Assembly (NCBI GenBank): GCA_023428755.1
Contig: JAEYWX010000001.1
Span: 157,487-221,486 of the forward strand
DNA: 64,000 nucleotides
Source: Bacteroidota bacterium
GTDB lineage: Bacteria > Bacteroidota > Bacteroidia > Chitinophagales > Chitinophagaceae
Direction of reading: 5' to 3'
Shown piece after piece: positions 31,753 to 40,002 of the stretch. Numbering within the stretch: the first letter of the stretch is position 1; each line of letters begins with the position of its first letter. The position numbers and the translations under genes are program-made. The notes under the pieces were generated by a model. The model saw nothing but the letters and a program-made list of their open reading frames with translations. It searched no databases and was not told where the DNA came from.

Positions 31753-33000
31753 TTACTCTTGTTCAAATTCTTCTTTCAATACACGACGTACTTCTGCAAT
31801 GGTTTCTTTTTCCAGATCGGTACGACGTTCTAATTCCTCAGCTGTAAGATCCAGTACGCTACGTGCGGTATCGCAACCGATGCGTTTCAATTCATCAATT
31901 ACCCAACCTTCAATTTCATCTGTAAATTCATCCAGATCAATATCAAATTCGTTGGTTTCTTCTTCTGTATCACGATACACATCAATTTCATAACCTGTCA
32001 ACTCACATGCAAGTTTAATATTTACACCCCGCTTACCAATGGCCAATGATACCTGGTCGGGTTTTAAATAAACTTCTACATGTTTTGCTTCCTGGTCAAT
32101 GTCCATGCTCGTGATCTTGGCAGGCGTTAATGAACGTTGAATAAGCAGGTTGATGTTGGATGTATAGTTGATCACATCAATATTCTCATTCTTTAGTTCA
32201 CGCACAATACCGTGAATACGGCTACCCTTCATACCTACACAGGCACCCACCGGATCAATACGATCGTCGAAACTTTCAACAGCTACTTTTGCTCTTTCAC
32301 CGGGTTCACGTACAATTTTCCGGATCACAATCAAGCCATCAAAAATTTCCGGCACTTCAATTTCCAGCAATTTAGCAAGGAACAGCGGACTTGTTCTTGA
32401 CAAAATGATCACAGGTGCATTGTTCTTCAACTCTACTTTCTTAATAACTGCACGGATGTTTTCACCTTTCTTGAAATAATCCTGCGGAATCTGTTCGCTT
32501 TTTGGCAACAGTAATTCATTTCCCTCTTCATCGAGCAGTAACACTTCTTTTTTCCAAACCTGGTACACTTCTGCACTCAGAATTTCACCAATGCGGTCGG
32601 AATATTTTTGTACAAGTACATTCTTTTTCAAATCACCAATACGGCTGGCCAGTGTTTGCTTGGCAGCAAGAATAGCACGGCGGCCGAAATCGTGAATATC
32701 TACATCTTCATACAACTCTTCACCCACTTCATAATCGGGTTCAATCTTTACGGCATCAGTATAAGCAATCTGTGCCAGCGGATCTTCCACTTGTCCATCT
32801 TCTACTATGGTACGACGACGCATGATCTCCAGATCACCTTTTTCGGTGTTCACGATCACGTCAAAATTATCGTCACTGCCATATTTTTTACGAAGCAATG
32901 TTTTAAACACATCTTCCAGCACCTTCATCATCGTGGGGCGGTCGATATTTTCCGCATCCTTAAACTCCTGGAAACTCTCAATAAGATTGATACTTGCCAT
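31753..33000 (-). CDS. nusA: Transcription termination/antitermination factor NusA
   Basis: LEIEVPEI, REPGERAKVAV, IDPVGACVGMKGSRI, AIGKRGVN. Confidence 0.99.
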   Translation of the reverse strand: MASINLIESFQEFKDAENIDRPTMMKVLEDVFKTLLRKKYGSDDNFDVIVNTEKGDLEIMRRRTIVEDGQVEDPLAQIAYTDAVKIEPDYEVGEELYEDVDIHDFGRRAILAAKQTLASRIGDLKKNVLVQKYSDRIGEILSAEVYQVWKKEVLLLDEEGNELLLPKSEQIPQDYFKKGENIRAVIKKVELKNNAPVIILSRTSPLFLAKLLEIEVPEIFDGLIVIRKIVREPGERAKVAVESFDDRIDPVGACVGMKGSRIHGIVRELKNENIDVINYTSNINLLIQRSLTPAKITSMDIDQEAKHVEVYLKPDQVSLAIGKRGVNIKLACELTGYEIDVYRDTEEETNEFDIDLDEFTDEIEGWVIDELKRIGCDTARSVLDLTAEELERRTDLEKETIAEVRRVLKEEFEQE

Positions 33001-33050
33001 AACACATTTTTTTAAAACATTCCGGTTGGTTTATTTTTTAGCAACCGTAA

Positions 33051-33524
33051 TCAGTTAAATACAATTTGAATTTTAGTTGATTTAATATCTGCATAAGCAA
33101 GTTTGTGTTGTATCACTTCCTGCTTTTTTCCTTTGCCTTTTGTTTCTTCCACCTCTGCTTCATCGGCTGATGCTGATAGTAATTTGCCAACCACTTTGCG
33201 CCCGTCCTTCAGAATTACTTCCACCAGGCGGCCAATATTTTTATTGTATTGGCGTACCAGCTTCAATGGTTCTTCCAGGCCCGGCGACGATACTTCCAGT
33301 GAAAAATCGCCATCATTGAACAAGGCCTTTTCTTCGATCTGCTTGTACAAAGCCCTGTTATAAGCAATGCAGCGGCTGATGGGTAATCCAGCATCTGCAT
33401 CAACAAACACCTGGATATTGTTGCCCGGTTTCAGCTTTACATCTACCAGGAAACAATCCGGATCCACGCTGATGATATCCTCAATTAACTGCCTGATACT
33501 TTCTGTTTTTTGCTCTAAGTTCAT
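33051..33524 (-). CDS. rimP: Ribosome maturation factor RimP
   Basis: LEVSSPGLEEPL motif and position upstream of nusA; start at ATG 33524. Confidence 0.95.
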   Translation of the reverse strand: MNLEQKTESIRQLIEDIISVDPDCFLVDVKLKPGNNIQVFVDADAGLPISRCIAYNRALYKQIEEKALFNDGDFSLEVSSPGLEEPLKLVRQYNKNIGRLVEVILKDGRKVVGKLLSASADEAEVEETKGKGKKQEVIQHKLAYADIKSTKIQIVFN

Positions 33525-33530
33525 GTAGGT

Positions 33531-33592
33531 GAAATAAAGAAGGGAACGTTTTCCGTTCCCTTCCACTGTTTCTTTTGTCCGCCGCAAATGTA
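33531..33592 (-). promoter_or_regulatory. rimP leader: -7 box (33585-33592) and terminator-like hairpin (33539-33563)
   Basis: GAAGGGAACG-GAAAA-CGTTCCCTTC followed by TTTATTT on the minus strand. Confidence 0.65.
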
Positions 33593-33699
33593 TGATAATA
33601 GCTACGAATGGAAAAATTTTTTTAGCCTGAAGTTACAGGGAAGGTTTTCGGAGAATCTTCACAAATCAACCATGTGGTTTATTTTATCTTTGCAACATC

Positions 33700-33936
33700 A
33701 TGTTACTACGTTATCTACTTTACGGTCTGCTGATCTACTTTGTGTTCCGTTTTATTTTCCGGTTTGTTATTCCTGTAACAAGAGCCACCCGTGAAATGAA
33801 AAACAAAATGAACGAATTCCAGGCACGTATGCAGGAGCAACAACAGCAACAAGCTGCTCACCAACGCCCTGAACCGGTAAAAGAAAAACCGTCAGTAAAA
33901 GAAGGCGACTACATTGAGTTTGAGGAAGTGAAATGA
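33700..33936 (+). CDS. Small membrane-anchored protein (DUF4834-like)
   Basis: N-terminal TM, Q-rich middle, C-terminal GDYIEFEEVK; TATCTTTG box at 33685-33692. Confidence 0.8.
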   Translation: MLLRYLLYGLLIYFVFRFIFRFVIPVTRATREMKNKMNEFQARMQEQQQQQAAHQRPEPVKEKPSVKEGDYIEFEEVK

Positions 33937-33994
33937 TGAGTAAAAGACAAGGCACAAGAATCAAGGCACAAGAATAAATCAGACATCATCCATC

Positions 33995-34609
33995 CTACAT
34001 TAGTTCCAGTTCTTCCACTTTCATGCCCGGCAATAAATGAACTGTTTGTAAGCCGAGCGCCTGTGCCGCTTCGATGTTATTGATGCTATCGTCTATAAAG
34101 AGAGTTTCTTGCGGAATGAGTCCATGTTTCTCCAATACAAATTGAAAAGCGCCTGCATCGGGTTTGCGATGACCAATGCGGTGTGAATAGTAGGCTGCAT
34201 CAAACAAATCATCAAACGACGATTGTGGCGACAGCAGTTGGTAACGCCGCTGAAATTCCTGTAAATGAATTTCATTGGTATTGCTAAGCAAATACAGTTG
34301 GTACCTGTTTCGTAGTTGTGGTAATACTGCCAGGCTTTCTTTCCTGAAATCGAGCAAGAGTGCATTCCATGCATCCCGTATTTGTGCATCGCTCACCTGC
34401 AAACCGGTAGCCGAGCGAAAATCATCGTAAAACAATGCATCATCCATTCCTGTTTCAAGTTTTTTGAACAGATCATTGCTATGAAACTGGCTGAAAAAAT
34501 GCTGGAAGTTGGTAACGCCTATTTGTTCAAATGCCGCCTGGCTTAATTTGAAATCAATATCAAGCAGTACCCCACCTAAATCGAATATAACAGACCGGAT
34601 CGTTTGCAT
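33995..34609 (-). CDS. HAD-family phosphatase (YihX-like)
   Basis: IFDLGGVL, LLSNTN, RKPD, FIDDS. Confidence 0.92.
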   Translation of the reverse strand: MQTIRSVIFDLGGVLLDIDFKLSQAAFEQIGVTNFQHFFSQFHSNDLFKKLETGMDDALFYDDFRSATGLQVSDAQIRDAWNALLLDFRKESLAVLPQLRNRYQLYLLSNTNEIHLQEFQRRYQLLSPQSSFDDLFDAAYYSHRIGHRKPDAGAFQFVLEKHGLIPQETLFIDDSINNIEAAQALGLQTVHLLPGMKVEELELM

Positions 34610-34762
34610 GCTGCAAAGAAACGGCTCTGCACCAAATTACCAGCATGTACTGCGGAATTTCCACTTCGGTTTTCCATATTTCGCAACCTGTTTCAAATAA
34701 GCTTTGAAATTATAACAACACGATACGCCTATTTTTCTATCTTTGCCCCCGCCCAAAAGGCC

Positions 34763-34836
34763 GGATCCTTAGCTCAGACGGTTAGAGCATCTGACTCATA
34801 ATCAGAGGGTCGTAGGTTCAAATCCTACAGGATCCA
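34763..34836 (+). tRNA. tRNA with CAT anticodon, probably tRNA-Ile2 (lysidine) rather than Met
   Basis: Cloverleaf: GGATCCT/AGGATCC acceptor, TCTGA-CTCATAA-TCAGA anticodon arm, GTTCAAATC T-loop; lacks initiator features; promoter TATCTTTG at 34738-34745. Confidence 0.9.
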
Positions 34837-34996
34837 CTTTTTTATAAGAGATAGCCGGAAGCCGGTAGTTGGTAGTCGGGAAGACGGAAGTCCGGGAGAC
34901 GGGAAGTCCAAACGATTCACTTACCGGCAATTTTTTTAATAAATGGCTTTAACCTTTGCTTAACCGATAAGCAAATACATTTGCCTCTTTACTATT

Positions 34997-35740
34997 ATGA
35001 AGAAACTAATACTGTTTACATTATTCCTTTCCGCAGGTGTTGTACTTTTTGCACAGGAAACAGAAAAAAAGAAAAAGAAAGATTGGTCAAAAGTAGATCT
35101 CGGCAATCGTCCAAAAGATCACCTGATTTTTCAGTTTGGTTATTTGCAATGGTTGCAAAAACCCGACAGCATTGCCACCAAAGGTTTTGCCCGCACCGTG
35201 AATGCATATTTCTCATTCGACTTTCCGTTTAAAACTGATCCACGTTTCAGCGTTGGTTTAGGTGCCGGTGTAGGTGCCGATAATATGTTTTTTGATAAAG
35301 ATGCCGGTCGCAACCTGAGCATTAACAACAACAATTCATTCCAGTTTGTACCCCATGCCGGTCGTGATACATTGAACAGATACAAATCAATGAAGCTGGC
35401 TACCGTTTACCTGGAAGCTCCTGTTGAGTTGCGTTTTATGATTGATCCTACTAAGCCCAACAAGAGTTTAAAGTTTGCACTGGGTATGAAAGTAGGCACC
35501 ATCATCAGTGCTACTGATAAAACAAGGTTTACAACCGATGCCAACGGAAATACAGCGTATGTATTAAAGGAGAAAGACAGAAAGCATTTCAATAATCTTC
35601 GTCTGGCAGCTACGGCCCGTGTTGGTATGGGTAATTTTGCCATCTTTGGCCAATACCAGATCAATGATATGATCAAAGAAGGACAAGGCCCCAGCCAGAT
35701 CCGTCCGATCACATTCGGCATTACACTAACCGGTTTATAA
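34997..35740 (+). CDS. Outer membrane beta-barrel (porin/PorT-like) protein
   Basis: Signal peptide, YLEAPVELRF, amphipathic strands, terminal FGITL. Confidence 0.8.
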   Translation: MKKLILFTLFLSAGVVLFAQETEKKKKKDWSKVDLGNRPKDHLIFQFGYLQWLQKPDSIATKGFARTVNAYFSFDFPFKTDPRFSVGLGAGVGADNMFFDKDAGRNLSINNNNSFQFVPHAGRDTLNRYKSMKLATVYLEAPVELRFMIDPTKPNKSLKFALGMKVGTIISATDKTRFTTDANGNTAYVLKEKDRKHFNNLRLAATARVGMGNFAIFGQYQINDMIKEGQGPSQIRPITFGITLTGL

Positions 35741-35762
35741 ACAGCCGTTCAATTAATACAGC

Positions 35763-35793
35763 AAGCGGATGATGGAACGATCATCCGCTTTTT
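35763..35793 (+). terminator. Intrinsic terminator
   Basis: AAGCGGATGAT...ATCATCCGCTTTTT. Confidence 0.8.
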
Positions 35794-35847
35794 GTTTGTA
35801 TACAGCCGCTAACTTATTCTACCTTTACCCACTGAATTTTATACCAA

Positions 35848-37038
35848 GTGATCGATCGTAAACAAGAGATACAGCAAGAAGAACGGGCCATTATTGTTGG
35901 CGTAGTAACCAAAGCACAAACAGAACTGCAGGTACAGGAATACCTGGATGAGTTGGCATTTTTAGCCGAAACTGCAGGCGCTGTTACCATCAAACGTTTT
36001 GTACAAAAACTGGCGCATCCCGACAGTAAAACCTTTGTAGGAAAAGGAAAGCTGCAGGAGATCAAGCAATACGTAGCCGACAAAGCCATTACCCTCATCA
36101 TTTTTGATGATGAGTTAACCGGCGCCCAGATCATGAACATTGAAAAAGAGTTGGGCATTTATACCATCGACCGCAGTGATCTGATCCTCGACATTTTTGC
36201 CCGCCGTGCAAAAACGGCACAGGCGAAAACACAGGTAGAGCTGGCCCAATACCAATACATTTTACCCCGCCTGAAAGGAATGTGGAAACACCTGGAACGC
36301 CAGGGTGGCGGTGTAGGAACAAGAGGGCCTGGTGAAACAGAAATTGAAACCGACCGTCGTATTGTAAAAGATAAAATTTCGTTGTTACGGAAACGCTTAG
36401 CCGAAATTGATAAACAGGCATTCACGCAACGCAAAGACCGTGGCGAATTTATTCGGGTGGCATTGGTAGGTTATACCAACGTAGGCAAAAGTACCCTCAT
36501 GAATATCTTAGCGAAACGTGAAGTGTTTGCTGAAAACAAATTGTTTGCCACCTTGGATACCACCACCAGTAAAGTGGTATTTGAAAATACGCCTTTTTTA
36601 TTGAGTGATACTGTTGGATTTATCCGCAAGTTACCGCACCATCTGGTAGAAAGTTTTAAGAGTACATTGGATGAGGTGCGTGAAAGTGATGTGCTGTTGC
36701 ATGTAGTGGATATTTCGCATCCGCAATACGAAGACCAGATCAACGTGGTGAACAAAACCTTACAGGATTTGAAATGCCACGACAAACCGGTGGTAACCAT
36801 TTTCAACAAAATGGACGTGTACGAAGAAAAACATTTCGACGAATGGCTGGGCGATGATATCAAGGCCACCATTTTGCAGGAACTGAAAGAGCGTTGGGAA
36901 AATGATACGCAGGGTAACTGTGTATTTGTATCGGCCATTGAAAAGCGTAACATCGCTGAACTGCGTGAACGTATTTTAGAACAGGTGCGTACCATTTACA
37001 AAATACGGTACCCGTATAAAACAGAGTTTTTGTACTGA
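35848..37038 (+). CDS. hflX: Ribosome-splitting GTPase HflX
   Basis: GPGETEIETDRR, GYTNVGKST, LFATLD, DTVGFI, NKMD. Confidence 0.98.
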   Translation: MIDRKQEIQQEERAIIVGVVTKAQTELQVQEYLDELAFLAETAGAVTIKRFVQKLAHPDSKTFVGKGKLQEIKQYVADKAITLIIFDDELTGAQIMNIEKELGIYTIDRSDLILDIFARRAKTAQAKTQVELAQYQYILPRLKGMWKHLERQGGGVGTRGPGETEIETDRRIVKDKISLLRKRLAEIDKQAFTQRKDRGEFIRVALVGYTNVGKSTLMNILAKREVFAENKLFATLDTTTSKVVFENTPFLLSDTVGFIRKLPHHLVESFKSTLDEVRESDVLLHVVDISHPQYEDQINVVNKTLQDLKCHDKPVVTIFNKMDVYEEKHFDEWLGDDIKATILQELKERWENDTQGNCVFVSAIEKRNIAELRERILEQVRTIYKIRYPYKTEFLY

Positions 37039-37400
37039 TGGCCCCCGAAAAAAAATACAACTGGCATAAAATAGCAGAGTCGCCCGAAGAATTACCCTGG
37101 GAAGACAATCAATTGTGCGAAATCACCGTAAAAGGAAAAACGATTTGCCTAGCAAAAAAAGACGACAACGTGTTTGCCTGTGCACATAAATGTCCGCATG
37201 CCGGTGGACATTTGGCAGATGGATTTGTGGATGCGTTAGGCAATGTGGTTTGTCCGCTGCACCGTTACAAATTCAGCCTGGCCAATGGCCGCAATACCAG
37301 CGGCGAAGGCTATTACCTTAAAACCTATCCGCTTGAAACAAGAGCTGATGGTATTTATATTGGACTGGAGGAGAGTTCGTTTTATGGGTGGTTTGGGTAA
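37038..37400 (+). CDS. Rieske [2Fe-2S] ferredoxin
   Basis: CPHAGG...CPLH motifs; TGATG overlap with the hflX stop. Confidence 0.9.
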   Translation: MAPEKKYNWHKIAESPEELPWEDNQLCEITVKGKTICLAKKDDNVFACAHKCPHAGGHLADGFVDALGNVVCPLHRYKFSLANGRNTSGEGYYLKTYPLETRADGIYIGLEESSFYGWFG

Positions 37401-37459
37401 AAAATTTTCCTCATTATCACATGTCACACATGGAACTTTCTATAGACTTGAGTTATCAA

Positions 37460-39040
37460 TTATTTCTTTTTTTCTCCTTTTGAAAAAAAGAAAAGACTGA
37501 TACTTATGTTAGAAAATTTATACTTTTCCTGAGTTGTGTTTTCTAAGCTATGAGAAGTACCAGCGTTTGGTTTATACGTAATTAATCCGCCATCTTCTTC
37601 TCCATTCATACTGCTTATATTATAATAGACCCCCCAGCCAATACCCGCTTTTGGAAAAACGTGATTAAAACCAATTGAATAAGTACTCATCATTGGATAA
37701 GATGATACAAACTTAGTAGAAGCGTCACTGACATAATCAAAACCAGGCGATAAGATTTTTTCTCCAATAGTAAAACCAAAATCATAGCTGTATAAACCCG
37801 AGATCACCAGGTTGCGCAAAGGGATATTTAACCCGCCAGACAAACCGATAGTAACTCCACTCTGCTGAACACTCATTGTCTCATCGATGATAGCTCCCGT
37901 TTGCAGATTCTTGACATTATATTCCATCGCAGGAGCTACCAGGTACCCAAATCGTGCACCAAGACTTAAGAATGTACGGTGGCCCAAAAAACCTACTGTA
38001 CTTAAGTTTGGACTTTGACCGTTTTTATTCGACAGATTTGTATTTAAAGTGATAAGCCCTGCATAACGAAACTCAGCCAATGCGAATCGGGTTTTCTTTT
38101 TGGGATCAATTGTTTCGATAGTATTAGCAATACCATCCCCCAGTTTATTGATGCCCTGCGCTACTACGAAATAAGCGGAAATCGCATCCATTTTTTCTTT
38201 CACCCGTTGTGTTGGGTATAAACTGTATGCTTGCTTATATTTTTCATACGCACTTACTGCAAAAGCAGATCCCATTTTTTCAAGTCGATCTCCCTCGGCT
38301 TCCAATGCATTTGCTGCATTTTCCTTTTGTGTCATCTCGGCAATTCTCTCTTTCTCCGTTTTCTCAGGCATCGGAATTTCATAAGCATCTGATGATACGC
38401 TTTGCCTACTTAATGCATGTAACGACGATTTAATATCTTCTGCATTATAATATGGAACAAATAAAGGTGACAATGCCATCAGTCTTTCAAAATTATAAGG
38501 CCGATACACCTGTGTTCTTGTATCAAGATATTTATACGATGCCCCATGACGTCCATCTGTTTTTGGTAAAAAGTCATATTGATATATTTCATACCCATTA
38601 CTTCGATACTGTTCAATCATTTTTCTACGGATCTTCTCCATAGCGGAAAGTGTATTATCATATTGTGTCAATTTATTTACAGAGATCGTAGTTTGATTCC
38701 ATTGAGGATATCCTCCATGTAAATCCTCCACCTCAATTTTCTTAAATCCTATATTATCATAATCTCCACGAAATACTCGTAGCTCGCTTTTCATTGGGTC
38801 TATTATATCATAAAAATCAAGCGTAATGCCTGTCCTACATTCGTCAATCCCCCCTACATTTACATTTGTAAATCTTAAAAGATGACTTCCTATGATCATT
38901 ATTTTGAGTTTTTTATCGACACGCTCTCCCAGGACATAAGGAAAAAAAACTGCTTGCTCATTTTGGGGTATAGACTCTTGTGCAATCCCCGGGATTGACT
39001 TTAAACAAAGTGATAAAATAAGGACGAAAAAAAATTTCAT
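37460..39040 (-). CDS. Exported hypothetical protein, AT-rich, possible C-terminal beta-barrel
   Basis: 526-aa ORF with signal peptide, helical middle and Gly/aromatic amphipathic C-terminal strands; family not recognised. Confidence 0.75.
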   Translation of the reverse strand: MKFFFVLILSLCLKSIPGIAQESIPQNEQAVFFPYVLGERVDKKLKIMIIGSHLLRFTNVNVGGIDECRTGITLDFYDIIDPMKSELRVFRGDYDNIGFKKIEVEDLHGGYPQWNQTTISVNKLTQYDNTLSAMEKIRRKMIEQYRSNGYEIYQYDFLPKTDGRHGASYKYLDTRTQVYRPYNFERLMALSPLFVPYYNAEDIKSSLHALSRQSVSSDAYEIPMPEKTEKERIAEMTQKENAANALEAEGDRLEKMGSAFAVSAYEKYKQAYSLYPTQRVKEKMDAISAYFVVAQGINKLGDGIANTIETIDPKKKTRFALAEFRYAGLITLNTNLSNKNGQSPNLSTVGFLGHRTFLSLGARFGYLVAPAMEYNVKNLQTGAIIDETMSVQQSGVTIGLSGGLNIPLRNLVISGLYSYDFGFTIGEKILSPGFDYVSDASTKFVSSYPMMSTYSIGFNHVFPKAGIGWGVYYNISSMNGEEDGGLITYKPNAGTSHSLENTTQEKYKFSNISISLFFFSKGEKKK

Positions 39041-39709
39041 GTAAATGTGTTATTGTTGGCGTGAAATTAATGGTTGCATTAGATGACTCAGCCCACTATC
39101 GAGTGATTGCTTTATAGCGGCAACGTGAAACCGAAAATGGTTATTGGTATTGAAGCTTATAATATGAATTGACAGAAGTGCTGCCGATCGAAATTGGGCG
39201 AATGCAAACAAAGCAAATAATTTTTTCTTTCACAGGAACAGATTCCCGCTTTTGCTGAACTGAAATATTTTTTTACAAATAACAGAGTGTCTACAGTTAA
39301 AACTGCGGTTGATTTTCGTGAAAATTCCATTACAGATTTTGATTAATTATAAAGTATAATAGGGTAATAATTTTTTTCTCTGCGTCCGTTGAATGAATAG
39401 ATTCTGTGCTAATTGAATTGGTTAAAAGTACCTAAAAACTTTTTTTTACAAATACCCCTAAATAGGTATTTTGATTAACGCTATTGTACCTTTTATAGCA
39501 GAAATCAAAGCCGTTTGATATTTGACCAATCATGTTCGCTCAGCATGTTTTCCTGCGTTTAACGACCGATCAGATGAGCGTAGTTGAAAGTGTATTAAAA
39601 AACTTATTACCATACCAATTGAAAAGGTATTCGTTTGGGGAAGTTCAAGTATTTATAAGCGGGCGGGAATAACCTTTAAATTGTCTTTATATTGGAATGA
39701 TTGAAATAA

Positions 39710-39738
39710 AAAAGGGTTTCATTCACTGAAACCCTTTT
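39710..39738 (-). terminator. tRNA-Asn terminator
   Basis: AAAAGGGTTTCA...TGAAACCCTTTT hairpin with minus-strand T-tract. Confidence 0.75.
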
Positions 39739-39747
39739 CTCTGCTTG

Positions 39748-39821
39748 CTCCCCCTTCAGGACTTGAACCTGAGACCCTCTGATTAACAGTCAGATGCTCT
39801 AACCAACTGAGCTAAGGAGGA
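39748..39821 (-). tRNA. tRNA-Asn (GTT)
   Basis: Minus strand TCCTCCTTAGCTCAGTTGGTTAGAGCATCTGACT-GTT-AATCAGAGGGTCTCAGGTTCAAGTCCTGAAGGGGGAG; -7 box at 39843-39850. Confidence 0.97.
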
Positions 39822-39955
39822 ATACTTCCCCTTTCGGGGTTGCAAAAATAGGTATTTTCAGTTTTTCAATCCTAATTCAGCAAAACTTTTTTTTACTTCC
39901 TTTTTTGATCCGGTTTTAGGGTTTACAACAGAAACAGTTAACAGCCTGTATCCAT

Positions 39956-39989
39956 ATCGAACAGCCGCTTTAAAAAGCGGCTGTTCGAT
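39956..39989. terminator. Long hairpin after the BNR-repeat gene
   Basis: ATCGAACAGCCGCTTT-AA-AAAGCGGCTGTTCGAT. Confidence 0.65.
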
Positions 39990-40002
39990 TACTCATTTGC
40001 TA

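Noticed and set aside
39100..39235. Signal-peptide-like fragment (KKLFALFAFAQ) on the minus strand upstream of the orphan gene
   Set aside because: No clear in-frame start and no recognisable homology, so it is too weak to call a pseudogene.
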